A stretch of 64,000 nucleotides of DNA, from NCBI RefSeq assembly GCF_964213995.1, contig NW_027590204.1, positions 434,001-498,000 on the forward strand. Direction: 5' to 3'. The DNA comes from Mustelus asterias (lineage: Eukaryota). The notes beneath the pieces are model-generated. The model did no database searches, was not told the origin of the DNA, and saw only the letters and a list, made by a program, of their open reading frames with translations. Of the stretch, positions 13,440 to 25,589 are shown one piece after another (position 1 is the first letter of the stretch; every line of letters starts with the position of its first letter). The translations under genes and the position numbers were made by a program.

Positions 13440-14380
13440 GCTATTGGAAATGGAGGATTTACAGACTGCAACCAACTAAACATCATCTCAATATCTCACA
13501 GACTCATTCAATTCATCAGGGTCTGAATATCATCGGCCTCTGAATGTGGAAGGAGAAATGTTTCTCTGTTCTCTCTGTGGGAAAAGATTTTAAACATCAG
13601 TGTGACTGGAAAAACACCGAGACACACACACACACACAGTGAGAGTGTTCCAGTGAACTGACTGGAAAGTGCTTTAACCAGTTACACAGCCCGGAAAAAC
13701 ATCACACCATTCACAGCGAGGAGAAACTGTACATGTTCTGTATGTGGATGAAACTTCAACTGATCATCCAACCTGGAGAGACACAAGGACACTGACAACG
13801 TGGGGAAACTATGGAAATGTGAGGAATGTGGTAAAGGATTCAAGTATCCATCCCTGTTGGAAAACCATCGACACATTCACACTGAGGAGAAGCCATTCAT
13901 CTGCTTTGTGCGTGGGAAGGGATTTACTCAGTTGTCCTGTTTCCAGTCACACCAACAAACTCACACTGAGGAGAAGCCATTCAGCTGCACTTCCTGTGGA
14001 AAGAGATTCAGGTCTTAATCCAACCTCAAAGCACACCAGCGAGTTCACACCGGGGAGAGACCATTCAGCTGCTCCGAGTGTGGGAAGGGATTCACTCGAT
14101 CCTCCCATCTGCTGGAACAGCAGCAAACCCACAGCGAGGAGAGGCCGTTCAGCTGCACCAATTGTAGAAAGAGGTCTTCATCCAATCTCATTGCCCACCA
14201 GATTCATTCAGGGAAGACACCGTTCACCTGTTGTGTGTGTGGGAAGGAATACACTCACCCATCCAACCTGCTGATGTCCCAGCAAACTCACACAGGGGAG
14301 AGGCCATTCACCTGCTCCGTGTGTGGGAAAGGATTCACTCAGCCATCTAACCTGTTGACACCAGCAAATTCATAAGTAAC
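13440..14380 (+). pseudogene. C2H2 ZNF pseudogene (main exon)
   Basis: Acceptor TTTTACAG|G at 13439; WKCEECGKGFKYPSLLENHRHIH; in-frame TAA at ~14016 and later frameshifts. Confidence 0.88.
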
Positions 14381-15039
14381 CGCATGGTTGGATTCAGTTA
14401 TTTTTGCTGTTGTTAATCACATTTAATACGGATAACCTGATAATATTTGGCTTGCTACTGCTGACATTAACAAACTGGCCGGCTCTTAAATATCTTGGCT
14501 ATGTCACAGATTTTCAGAGCTGTAAAGTCCCTGTTTGAAAGCACCATCTGTGATGTTTTCCCTTGATTCAAGAACACCGTCTCCTGGAGGTTCATCTCCA
14601 ATTCTTCACCATCCTGACTTGGAAATATTTTTGACCATCCTTCATGGTCGCTGGCTCAAAATCCGAGAATTTCATCCCAAATAGCATTGTGGATGCACCT
14701 ACACCCCAGGGACTGCAGCGGTTCAAGAAAGTAGCTCACCACCTCCATTCTTTAGAACCTGAATATCATCAGCTTTTGAATGTGAAAGGAGAAATATTTG
14801 TCTGTTGTGTCTGTGGGAAAAGATTTTAAACGTCAGTATGAGTGGAAAAGCACAGACACACACACACAACTCGAGTGACAGTGTTCCACTGAAGTGACTG
14901 TGGAACGAGCTTTAACCAGTTACACAGTCTGAAAAAAATCACACCATTCACAGCGGGGAGAAACCGTACACAGGTTCTGTGTGTGGACAAGTCTTCAACT
15001 GATTGTCCAACCTGGAGAGACACCAAGGACACCGGCACC

Positions 15040-15819
15040 ATGGAGAAACTGTGGAAATGTGGGGATTGTGGGAAAGGATACAGTTACCCTTCTGAACTGG
15101 AAATGCATCGACGCGCTCACACTGGGGAGAGGCCGTTCACCTGCTCCACCTGTGGGAAGGGATTCACTCAGTCATCCAGCCTGCTGACACACCAGTATGT
15201 TCACACTGATCAGACTCCTTTCAAATGTTCTGACTGTGAGAAGACATTTAAAAGCAAAAAGTATCTGCTGAGGGACCAACACATTCACAGTGAGGAGAAG
15301 CCGTTCACCTGCTCCTTGTGTGGGAAGCGATTCACTGCTACATCCAACCTGCAGAAACACCAGCGAGTTCACACTGACAAGAGACCCTTTAAATGTCCAG
15401 ACTGCGGGAAGTGCTTTAAAACCTCCGGTGAAGTGACGTGTCATCAATGTGTTCATACTGACGAGAGACCATTCAGATGCTCTCACTGTGGGACTGGCTT
15501 CAGGCGATCATCTGAACTCACTGTACACCAGCGAATTCACACTGGAGAGAGACCGTACACCTGCTCTGTGTGTGGGAAGAGCTTCATTCAATCATACCAC
15601 CTGCTGAAACACCAGCAAATTCATTCCGATATAAAACCTTTTAAATGTTTTGACTGTGAGCAGAACTTTAAAAGCAGCAATGGTCTCATGATGCACCAAC
15701 GAGTTCACACTGGGGAGAGACCGTTCACCTGCTGTGTGTGTGGGAAGGGATTCACTCAGTCATCCCACCTGCAGTCACATCAGCAAATTCACTCTGATAT
15801 TAAACGTTTTATGCTTTGA
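15040..15819 (+). CDS. C2H2 ZNF, ~9 fingers, truncated by a frameshift near 15810 (finger remnants continue to 16018); possibly a pseudogene
   Basis: ACCATGG start in TMEKLWKC; TGERP/TDERP linkers; its family acceptor appears replaced by LINE-tail sequence at ~14600-14745. Confidence 0.6.
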   Translation: MEKLWKCGDCGKGYSYPSELEMHRRAHTGERPFTCSTCGKGFTQSSSLLTHQYVHTDQTPFKCSDCEKTFKSKKYLLRDQHIHSEEKPFTCSLCGKRFTATSNLQKHQRVHTDKRPFKCPDCGKCFKTSGEVTCHQCVHTDERPFRCSHCGTGFRRSSELTVHQRIHTGERPYTCSVCGKSFIQSYHLLKHQQIHSDIKPFKCFDCEQNFKSSNGLMMHQRVHTGERPFTCCVCGKGFTQSSHLQSHQQIHSDIKRFML

Positions 15820-16244
15820 TTACGAGCAGAATTTTAAAGGCTGCAATGGTCTAGTGATACACCAGCAAGTTCATACTGGGGAGAAACTGTTCACCTGTTC
15901 CGAGTGCGGGACTGGATCCACTGACTTACAGCAAATGCTGAGACACCAGCAACTTCACGAGTGTCTGCAGGGGTTGGATTCAGCTGCTTTTGCTGCTGTT
16001 AATCATAATGAGGACTAAATGTATGGGTTAATCCTAAAGTGTGTAAGAAATGTGTTCCAGCCACTCTCTTCCACAGTTCAGAGCTCCTAGACATGGAACA
16101 GAAGCTCCTTTACAACTGGGTTTAGAGTCAGGAAAAACAACGGTGAATGCTGGAAACTAGGATTTTAGTCCGGGAGTCAGAGATTACCCAAAAAGGGGGT
16201 CGGTGTCATTGGTGATTTTGAAACATTTTGTTCAGAAGCAACAG

Positions 16245-16958
16245 TTATGAAAGCTTCAAGTTTTTGTGCCCAGATCACCAACAACCCGTCCTGGTCCCTC
16301 CAAACTGACGCTACAGTTAAGAAAGCCCACCAACGCCTCTACTTTCTCAGGAGGCTAAGGAAATTCGGCATGTCTGCTCCGACTCTCACCAACGTTTACA
16401 GATGCACCATAGAAAGCATCCTCTGTGAATGTATGACAGCTTGATATGGCTCCTGCTCTGACCAAGACCACAATAAACTACAAAGGGTTGTGTCTGAAAC
16501 CCAGTCCATCACGCAAACCAGCCTCCTATCCATCGACTCTGTCTACACTTCCCTCTGCCTCAGCAAAGCAGCCAGCATAATCAAGGACCCCACACACCCC
16601 AGATATACTCTTTTCCTCCTTCTTCAGTCAGGGAAAAAAATACAAAAATCTGAGGTCATCTTCCAACCGATTCAAGAGCAGCTTCTTCCCTGCTGCTGTC
16701 AGACTTTTGAATGGACCTAACTTATGTTAAGTCTCTGCACCCCAGCTATGACTGTAAGACTACATTCGATACCCTCTCTTTCCCTTCTCTATTAACGTCA
16801 TGCTTTGTCTGTATAGCGCAAGAAAAAGTACTTTTCACTGTATACTAATAAACCTGTTGGACTTTAACCTGGTGTTGTTAAACTTCTTACTGTGTTTACC
16901 CCAGTCCAACGCCGACATCTCCACATCAGTACTAATACATGTGACAGTAATAAATCAA
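16245..16958 (+). mobile_element. Rex1/Babar-like LINE 3' end
   Basis: VKKAHQRLYFLRRLRKFGMS...YRCTIESIL and KAASIIKDPTHP are typical Rex1 C-terminal motifs; ends GTGACAGTAATAAATC. Confidence 0.85.
16848..16929 (+). mobile_element. Penelope-like terminal fragment nested in the Rex1 tail
   Basis: AATAAACCTGTTGGACTTTAACCTGGTGTTGT matches 23371-23402; flanked by TACTAATA at 16843-16850 and 16930-16937. Confidence 0.75.
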
Positions 16959-18326
16959 TTTTTTTAAAAAATGGTACATTAGTTAAATAGGCAGAAAAGA
17001 CAAATGAGCCATAACAAGTGAGAACAGTTTACTGATCCCGGATCAGCGGGATGCTGAGCTCTGTGTTTGGAGGTGACAGTCTCCCCGGAATGGTTTCCTG
17101 GTCCCGGATCAGACACTCGGACGGATGAAGCTGATCTCTGCAGCTGGAGATGACGGTCTCTTCGGATCTCACTCCTCTGGATCCAGTCAAAGTGTTTGGT
17201 GTCAGTCTGAATCCAGCACGGATCACTTTGAAAATCTCTTTCCTGTCTAAAGTGATTTTCCCCCTCGAGCCTGTTTAACCTTCACTCAGACATTTGGTTA
17301 AAGTCCAGGTCATAAGATCCAACCTTATCCGGTTTAGAAATGTCTTGTGTCAGGGTTTATGACAGAGACATGTCCTGGATAGAGAGAACAAGTCTGTCCT
17401 GTGTTTGTCACCCAGCAAGCTGCTATGGAAGCTTTCTTCATAAGAGAGTGAGCTGTTCCTATTAATATTCAATAAATGTCTTGACATTTTATGAAGACTT
17501 TATTAGATGGTGATGTTTTACAAAACAAGCCCTGAAATCAGAGATTGGTGTAAAACTGCAATCTGTTCCTGACTGAAAGTGAAGTTTCCAGTCTGAAAAT
17601 GTCTTTGATTTGAAGTTTCCGAGTGTTTATGTGATATTCCTGAGTTTTCCCATGTCAGGCAGTGACAACAACAACTGGCATTGACCCATTAACAGATTAA
17701 AATGACCGAGACTTCACAGAGGCTCAGAAAGGTCAGGAGAGGGATGATGGAGAAATTGTCATTCACCAAAGGCGTGGGAAGTTTGTCAAAATATTAATTT
17801 CCTTTTTAACTCATAATAAATCCAATGTACTGTTTGGAACCACATCCAGGGTTAGGGTGAGGTATTAGTTAAGGTGAGATATTAGGGAGGGTGAGGTGTT
17901 GGTTCGAGTGAGGTGTTAGGGTTCGGCTTCGGGGTGTAGGTTGGGATCTTGCTGTTTGGAGCTGATCATGCAGATAAAGATTGGGATCTTGCTGTGTCTG
18001 TGTGTGATTTCAGTAAGGTTTATATTGTCTGTTTCAGGACCATATTCTTGTTTCCCAAACGTTAAGTAACAGATATTTGTTTGTGGGGTTGTTTGATTTG
18101 GAACAGTACACTTGGCTGTTCAGGTTTATACAATATCATGGTTGTTCTTTTTTGTAATTGATAAAAATTATGCAAATTTTCTTGTTATATGTTAACTGTG
18201 TTCTTAAATAAGATTTGACATTGTTTATAATTGGATTGTGAAAATCACATTGTGTTGTTCCCATGTGATTCTGTGGTTTCTGAGAGCAGGTCTTCCTGTG
18301 TTAGGATATTCTGTTGGTTTCAGGAT

Positions 18327-18671
18327 CATAGAATCATAGAATCCCTACAGTACAGAAAGAGGCCATTCGGCCCATCGAGTCTGCACCGACCACAATCCCA
18401 CCCAGGCCCTACCCCCATATCCCTACATATTTACCCACTAATCCCTCTAACCTACATATCTAAGGACACTAAGGGCAATTTTAGCATGGCCAATCAACCT
18501 AACCCGCACATCTTTGGACTGTGGGAGGAAACCGGAGCACCCGGAGAAAACCCACGCAGACACGAGGAGAATGTGCAGACTCCACACAGACAGTGACCCA
18601 AGCCGGGAATCGAACCCAGGTCCCTGGAGCTGTGAAGCAGCAGTGCTAACCACTCTGCTACCGTGCCGCCC
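18327..18671 (-). mobile_element. HE1-like V-SINE, full length
   Basis: Tail CATAGAATCATAGAATCC through head CCGTGCCGCCC. Confidence 0.92.
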
Positions 18672-18917
18672 AAATAGATGTTTCAGTGTTTACATGTCCT
18701 ACAATTTCCTTGAATTCAATGCTGTTTTTCATCAGTCCCTGATGTGGAAATCAAATTATGGCTTCAACCCTCAGTAAATGGGTGCACTATGTTTGTGTGT
18801 GTGGCTGTGTGAGAGTGTCAGGTTGTGTGTGTCGTTGTGGGGGGTTGTCTGTCCCTATCTCGCTCTGTCTGTGTTGGTTTGAAGGAACCTTCGCTAACTG
18901 GTGTCTGGTGTTTTCTT

Positions 18918-19233
18918 CATAGAATCCCGACAGTACAGGAGGAGGCCATTCGGCCCATCGAGCCTGCACTGACAACAATCCCACCCTATCCCCGTAACCT
19001 CACATCTATTTACCCAACCATTCTCCCTGAAATTAGGGTCAATTTAGCATGGCCCAATCAACCTAACCAGCACATCTTTGGACTGTGGGAGGAGACCGGA
19101 GCATCCAGAGGAAACCCACACAGACACGGGGAGAATGCACAAACTCCACACAGACAGTGATCAAGCCAGGAATCGAACCCGGGTCCCTGGCGCTGTGATG
19201 CAGCAGTGCTAACTACTGTGCCACCGTGCTGCC
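18918..19233 (-). mobile_element. HE1-like V-SINE
   Basis: Same head, core and tail. Confidence 0.9.
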
Positions 19234-19239
19234 CTTGTG

Positions 19240-20000
19240 TTAGTATGTCTTGTGTTAGTTTAAACACTGCAGTTTGGAGAGGGAGGGGAGACTGGAGATG
19301 GGGAGTAGATTGTAAGGATGGTGGGGTCAAGACATTGTTTTTTGACAAGGGTGTGCTCATGGCAAATTCGAAAGAGGGACAGTACCTGAGAGAATCATTG
19401 ACAATGTCCGGGGACACAGGGAAGTAGGAGATCAGTAGTTTAGTGGGAGATTTAGTGGGAATAGAGTCAATGGAGCAGGAGGTGGGGCTCATGGGCAAAA
19501 TGAGTCCTAAGAAGCCATGAGGGGAGACGGGAGGGAAACGAGAGAAAGATGTTGATTCAGGGCTCAGGAAAGGTTGAAATTTAGACAGAGTTTGGCCTTG
19601 TGGAAGGGAGTGAAGCAGCAGAGGCAGCTGATCAGATTGTCTCAATCTTAGTGACAAAGAAGCTCCATGAAATCCTCATACTCCACCTGTCTGCGTGGGT
19701 TTCCCCGGGTGATCTAGTTTCCTCCCACAGTCCAAAGATGTGTGGGTTAAGTGGATTGGCCAGGTTAAATTGCCTCTTAATGTCCAAAATGTGTATCTTA
19801 GAGGGATTAGCCATGATAGACTTGCGGGGTTATGGGTATTGGGCAGGGGTGGGTGTGGACTTGGGTAAGAAGCTCTTTTGGAGAGTTGGTGCAGACTCCA
19901 AGGGCCAAATGGCCTCCTTCTGCACTGTAGGGATTCTTACATATGTTCTAACAGTCTAACTTGTTGGAGATGAGGATTGAGGAGACAGGGGAGTGGGAGA
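19240..20000 (-). mobile_element. Old L2-like LINE fragment with a nested 5'-truncated HE1 SINE (~19680-19937, +)
   Basis: FVTKIETI and PTSCSIDSIPTK motifs; same fragment recurs at ~28.0-28.8k, 30.7k and 46.2k. Confidence 0.7.
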
Positions 20001-20203
20001 GCTCTTCAAAAGGATCTGAATTGCGAGAGAGATATCAAAAAGATTCAACACCATGCGTATATTCAACACAAAACTGATTTATTTGACTTTTAGTGAGAAT
20101 ATTAGCCCCTGTAAGTGGCTGGGGTCTATTACCAGTGTAAACAGACCCTAATGAACATGGTTTAGTCCTGAATGTCACTGACAGCAAAGTTCAATCACTA
20201 TAG

Positions 20204-21325
20204 TTACTTGTGAAGTCTCTGGTGTCTGAGCAGGTGCGATGAAGTCATGAATCTCTTCCCACATTCAGAGCAGGTGAACGGTCTCTCCCCGGTGTGAATT
20301 CTCTGGTGTACAGTGAGTTGAGAAGATTGCCTGAACCCAGTCCCACAGTGAGAGCACCTGAACAGTCTCTCCTCAGTGTGAACACGTTGATGGAACATCA
20401 GTTCCCCAGAACTTTTATAGCACTTCCCACAGTCTGGGCATTTAAAAGGTCTGTCGTCATTGTGAACTCGCTGGTGTGTCAGCAGAATGGTTGATGTAGT
20501 AAATCCCTTCCCACACTCACAGCAGGTGAATGGCCTCACCGCAGAGTGAACTCTCTGATGTTTTAGCAGGCCAGATGACTGAGTGAATCCTTTCCCACAC
20601 ACAGAGCAGGTAAACAGCCTTTCCCCAGAGTGGATTCGCTGGTGTTTCAGCAGGTCTGATGACTGGGTGAATCCCTTCCCACAGTTGGAGCAGGTGAACG
20701 GCCTCTCCCCAGTGTGAATTCGCTGATGTACAGTGAGCACAGATGATCGCCTGAACCCAGTCCCACAGTGAGAGCACCTGAATGGTCTCTCCCCTGTGTG
20801 AACTCGCTGATGTACAATGAGTTGAGATGATCGTCTGAACCCAGTCCCACAGTGAGGGCACATGAACGGTTTCTCATCAGTGTGAAGATGTTGATGGGAC
20901 ATCAGTACGCCAGAACTTTTAAAACACCTCCCACAGGCTGGACATTTAAAAGGTCTTTCGTCAGTGTGAACTCGCTGGTGACTCAACAGTTCGGCTGAAA
21001 TACTGAATCCTTTCCCACACTCAGAGCAGGTGAATGGTCTCTCGCTGGAGTGAACTCGCTGGTGTTTGGAAAGTTCGGATGACTGAATGAATCCCTTCCC
21101 ACACACAGAACAGGTGAAAGGCCTCTCCCCAGTGTGGCTGCGCCGATGCGTTTCCAGCTTGGACGGGGAAATGAATCCTTTCCCACAGTCCTCACATTTC
21201 CATAGTTTCTCCATAGTTTGACTGCACTTGTGGTTTGACAGGCCAGGTGATTGGCTGAAGCCTTGTGCACACACACAACATGTGTACGGCTTCTCTCCAC
21301 TGTGAACGGTGCTTTTTCCTTCCAT
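20204..21325 (-). CDS. C2H2 ZNF protein, 373 aa, 12 canonical fingers plus 1 atypical N-terminal finger; no KRAB/SCAN/BTB
   Basis: Open frame from [16 protein letters not shown] to HQRLHK*, regular 28-aa repeats. Confidence 0.9.
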   Translation of the reverse strand: MEGKSTVHSGEKPYTCCVCAQGFSQSPGLSNHKCSQTMEKLWKCEDCGKGFISPSKLETHRRSHTGERPFTCSVCGKGFIQSSELSKHQRVHSSERPFTCSECGKGFSISAELLSHQRVHTDERPFKCPACGRCFKSSGVLMSHQHLHTDEKPFMCPHCGTGFRRSSQLIVHQRVHTGERPFRCSHCGTGFRRSSVLTVHQRIHTGERPFTCSNCGKGFTQSSDLLKHQRIHSGERLFTCSVCGKGFTQSSGLLKHQRVHSAVRPFTCCECGKGFTTSTILLTHQRVHNDDRPFKCPDCGKCYKSSGELMFHQRVHTEERLFRCSHCGTGFRQSSQLTVHQRIHTGERPFTCSECGKRFMTSSHLLRHQRLHK

Positions 21326-21529
21326 GTTTAAAATCTGATGATATTCAGTTCAGAATAAATTGAGTGACTCTGTCCAAGACTGATGTTATCTTTTGTTCGA
21401 GCTTCTGGACTGCAATTCCCCTGTGAAATTGAATTAAAACACAAAAAAAGGGAGTGAGAGAAAACCATTAAAACACAAAGGCAGATTGTGAAATTGAGCT
21501 GAATGAATCTGGTAATTTGTGGGTCCGGC

Positions 21530-21960
21530 TCTTGGAAAAAGTGGTTGAGGCAGAGTCCTTGAATAAGTTTAAGGCAGAACTGGATAGATTCTTGATAAGC
21601 AAGGGGGTGGAAGGTTATCGGGAGTAGACAGGAATGTGAAGTTGAGGGGAAACTTAGATCAGCCACAGGGTGGAGCAGATTCGAGGGACCAAGTGGCCTA
21701 TTCCTGCTCCTAATTTGTATGTAAAAAGTACAGGAGATGTGAGGAAGAATGCTTTTACACAGCAAGTGGCAATGACCTGAAACTTGCTGCCTACGAGTTG
21801 GGTGGAAATGGACACGATGAATAATTTCAAAATGAAATTGGATAGACACTCGAGGGAAATAAAGCTGCAATGAGGATAGAGCAGAGGAATGGGACTGACT
21901 GGCTTGCTGTCGACAGCTTGCATGGATCCAATGGGCTGAATGGCCTCTGCACCAGAATGG
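21530..21960 (+). mobile_element. Two CR1 3' tail fragments
   Basis: GTGGTTGAGGCAGAG..TTTAAGGCAGAACTGGATAGATT and TGGCCTATTCCTGCTCC 3'UTR motifs. Confidence 0.7.
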
Positions 21961-22075
21961 CACTTTCTTGTAATCTCACCTAATTTAACCCTGGGAGTTC
22001 AGATATCACTCAGGTACATCAGTTCTACGCTCTTTCCAGGGCCATTATGTCCTGTTGCCCGGAACTGAGCACAGT

Positions 22076-23416
22076 TCTGAAACAACTATATGATGACATC
22101 AACAAGTTCCATCCCACCATCAGACTCACCATGGACTACTCTCCGGAATCGGTTGCATTCTTGGACACACGCATCTCCATTAAGGACGGTCACCTCAGCA
22201 CCTCACTGTACCGCAAGCCCACGGATAACCTCATGATGCTCCACTTCTCCAGCTTCCACCCTAAACACGTAAAAGAAGCCATCCCCTACGGACAAGCCCT
22301 CCGAATACACAGGATCTGCTCAGATGAGGAGGATCGCAACAGACACCTCCAGACGCTGAAAGATGCCCTCATAAGAACAGGATATGGCGCTCGACTCATC
22401 GATCAACAGTTCCGACGTGCCACAGCGAAAAACCGCACCAACCTCCTCAGAAGACAAACACGGGACACGGTGGACAGAGTACCCTTCGTCGTCCAGTACT
22501 TCCCCGGAGCGGAGAAGCTACGGCATCTCCTCCGGAGCCTTCAACATGTCATTGATGAAGACGAACATCTCGCCAAGGCCATCCCCACACCCCCACTTCT
22601 TGCCTTCAAACAACCACGCAACCTCAAACAGACCATTGTCCGCAGCAAACTACCCAGCCTTCAGGAGAACAGTGACCACGACACCACACAACCCTGTCAC
22701 AGCAACCTCTGCAAGACGTGCCGGATCATCAACATGGATGCCATCATCTCACGTGAGAACACCATCTACCAGGTACACGGTACCTACTCTTGCAACTCGG
22801 CCAACGTTGTCTACCTGATACGCTGCAAGAAAGGATGTCCCGAGGCATGGTACATTGGGGAAACCATGCAGACACTACGACAACGGATGAATGAACACCG
22901 CTCGACAATCACCAGGCAAGAGTGTTCTCTTCCTGTGGGGGAGCACTTCAGCAGTCACGGGCATTCAGCCTTGGATCTTCAGGTAAGCGTTCTCCAAGGC
23001 GGCCTTCACGACACACGACAGCGCAGAGTCACTGAGCAGAAACTGATAGCCAAGTTCCGCACACATGAGGACGGTCTAAACCGGGATGTTGGATTTATGT
23101 CACATTATCAGTAACCCCCACAGCTTGACTCCTGGACTTGCACAATTTCACAAGCTGTACTGTCTGGAGACAATACACATCTCTTTAACCTGTGTTGAAT
23201 GCTCCCTCCACCCACATTGTCTGTGCATTTAAGACCTGGCTGGCTGTAGAGATTTGCATTCTAATCAGTATTCTGTAATTTGATTTCTGTGTCTGTGCCC
23301 TGTTTGAGAACAGAGACCACTCCATCTGACGAAGGAGCATTGCTCCGAAAGCTTATGGTATTTGCTACCAAATAAACCTGTTGGACTTTAACCTGGTGTT
23401 GTGAGACTTCTTACTG
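22076..23416 (+). mobile_element. Penelope-like retroelement, 5'-truncated (end of RT, linker, GIY-YIG endonuclease, 3' pLTR region)
   Basis: ORF to 23114: FLDTRI..LYRKPTD..HFSSFHPKHVK, CxxxxCKTC, CNSANVVYLIRC..WYIGET..LRQRMNEH..VGEHF..E; uninterrupted frame suggests a young copy. Confidence 0.93.
23322..23358 (+). ncRNA. Minimal hammerhead ribozyme motif in the Penelope-like pLTR
   Basis: CCAT-CTGACGA-A-GGAGC(ATT)GCTCC-GAA-AGCT-T-ATGG: stem I, conserved core, stem II, palindromic AGCT in place of stem III. Confidence 0.8.
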
Positions 23417-23417
23417 T

Positions 23418-24150
23418 TCTGTTAGATAGCCAGTTACCTATCCAATCGGCCAAACTTCCCTCTATCCCACACATCCTTACTTTCTTCATAAGCCGACCGT
23501 GGGGGACTTTATCAAACGCCTTACTAAAATCCATGTATATGACATCAACTGCACTACCTTCATCTACACACTTAGTTACCTCCTCAAAAAATTCTATCAA
23601 ATTTGTGAGGCAAGACTTGTCCTTCACAAATCCGTGCTGACTATCCCGGATTAAGCTGCATCTTTCTAAATGGTCGTAAATCCTATCCCTAAGGACCTTT
23701 TCCATCAACTTACCAACCACCGAAGTAAGACTAACCGGCCTATAATTACCAGGGTCATTTCTATTCCCTTTCTTAAACAGAGGAACCACATTCGCCACTC
23801 TCCAGTCCTCTGGCACCACCCCCGTGGACAGTGGGGACGCAAAGATCAATGCCAAAGGCTCTGCTATCTCATCCCTTGCCTCCCAAAGAATCCTAGGATA
23901 TATTTCATCAGGCCCAGGGGACTTATCAACTTTCAGTTTATTCAAAATTGCTAGTACATCTTCCCTCCGAACATCTACTTCCTCCAGCCTATCAGCCTGT
24001 GACACCATCTCTTCCTCAAAAACATGGCCCCTCTCCTTGGTGAACACCGAAGAAAAGTATTCATTCATCACCTCCTATCTCTTATGACTCCATGCACAAA
24101 TTCCCACTGCCGTCCTTGACCGGCCCCAGCCTCACCCTGGTCATTCTTTT
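23418..24150 (-). mobile_element. CR1 ORF2 (RT) fragment
   Basis: KSPGPDEIYPR, PEDWRVANVVPLFKKG, NYRPVSLTS, QHGF, DFSKAFDKVPH in one open frame. Confidence 0.92.
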
Positions 24151-24559
24151 ATGGAGTGACTCCATCAGATCACAATGTGATGTTTGATTTGAGATTCCCG
24201 TCTGGCAATTTTCCACTTCCAGCACTCTGTATATTTACAGAAACCATCACAGTTAGTCCAGGATAGAAATTCACAACATTCTCTCCTCCAAGTTGCCAAT
24301 TGTGATTAAATGTTTCCTGGAGGTTTTATCACGTCTTTTCTATTGTGCCCATCCTCCAACCACGAATCAGTCAACACATCCTTCCCCACTGCCTTCCTGG
24401 GCCAATTGGAAAGCAAAAAAGACTCCTTACCTTACAGCATAATGATTGACAGTCAGACAAACATCTTTTATCCATTTTCAATATTTTTATATCCGGTGAA
24501 GAGAAATGTTCAAAGGAAAATGACAACAAAAGATATATTTTTAAATGTCCTGAATGTTT

Positions 24560-25045
24560 TAGAGACTGAGGTTTGAATCCCACTACAGCAGGTGGTGAAA
24601 TTTGAATTCAATAAAAATCTGGAATTGAAAGTCTAATGATGACCATGAAACCATTGTCAATTGTTGTAAAAAGCCAACTGGTTCACTAATGTCCTTGAGC
24701 CAAGGAAATCTGCTGCCTTACCTGGTCAGGTCTATGTGTGATTCCAGATCCACAGCAGTGTGGTTGGTTGACTCTTAAAATGCCCTCTGAAGTTCAAGGG
24801 CAAATAAAGATGGGCAATAGATGCTGGCCCAGCCAGTGGCAGCCACATTCCCTGAATGCATTGGGAAACAAATCTCCCATCCTTATCTGGTGTGGCCTAA
24901 ATATGACTCCAAACTACAGAGATGTGGTTGATTCTTAAAATGCTCTGTGACATGGTCTAGCAAGCTACTCAGTTGAAGTACAATTAGGGATGGACAATAA
25001 ATGTTGGTCCAGCCAGCGACTCCCACATCCCATGGACAAATAAAA
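24560..25045 (+). mobile_element. Second shark SINE family; 3' tail shared with the LINE at 29975-30725
   Basis: Core AATGATGACCATGAAACCATTGTC..CTGGTTCACTAATGTCC; tail GGGATGG.CAATAAATG.TGG.CCAGCCAGCGAC.CCCACATCCC, internally duplicated; other copies ~37580-37893 (-), ~47955-48200 (-). Confidence 0.7.
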
Positions 25046-25089
25046 AATTCCTGGAGACTCCAGTCCAATCCGGGAGAGTTGGTAACTGG

Positions 25090-25460
25090 GCCAGGCTCAC
25101 AGCGCATGCGCCCTGCTGTCCTGTAAAGATGGCGGCCGTTAACCTGGGCCTGGAGCCGCTCAGCTCCGACTCTATTCAGTACCAACTGAAGCGGGACCAG
25201 GAACATTTTATTCTGGATTGAAGACTCTACGGGGTAATTATGAAACCTCCCAGTCCACTCCGCTGCTTCTATCCCTCCCCGGTCACCCAGCGGCTCCATT
25301 ACTGAACCTCACTCCATTGTTTCTTTCCGGCTCCTCACAGCGCCAGATACAGTCCGGACTGCGCATGCTCCGGTCAGAGCCAGGTACCGCGTTTGCGCAA
25401 GGCTGTAATGTGGATAGGGCACATTCTCACCCGCAGAGAATGTTGGGTAATCACCCCGCC
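25090..25460. promoter_or_regulatory. CpG-rich promoter cassette (probably for ZNF at 20.2-21.3k, with an opposite-strand exon 1)
   Basis: GCGCATGCGC, AAGATGGCGGC, CTGCGCATGCTCC; plus-strand donor GG|GTAATC near 25446; homologous to 48380-48525. Confidence 0.6.
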
Positions 25461-25589
25461 ATTCACACTGGTTTTGTTAAATAGAAAATATGGTTTGCGA
25501 TCTGAATATGATTGGTACCATTGGGCCACAATAACAAATGTATTAAATCGATTGATGTGGAACTAAGGACTGATATAGTAACTAAGGAC

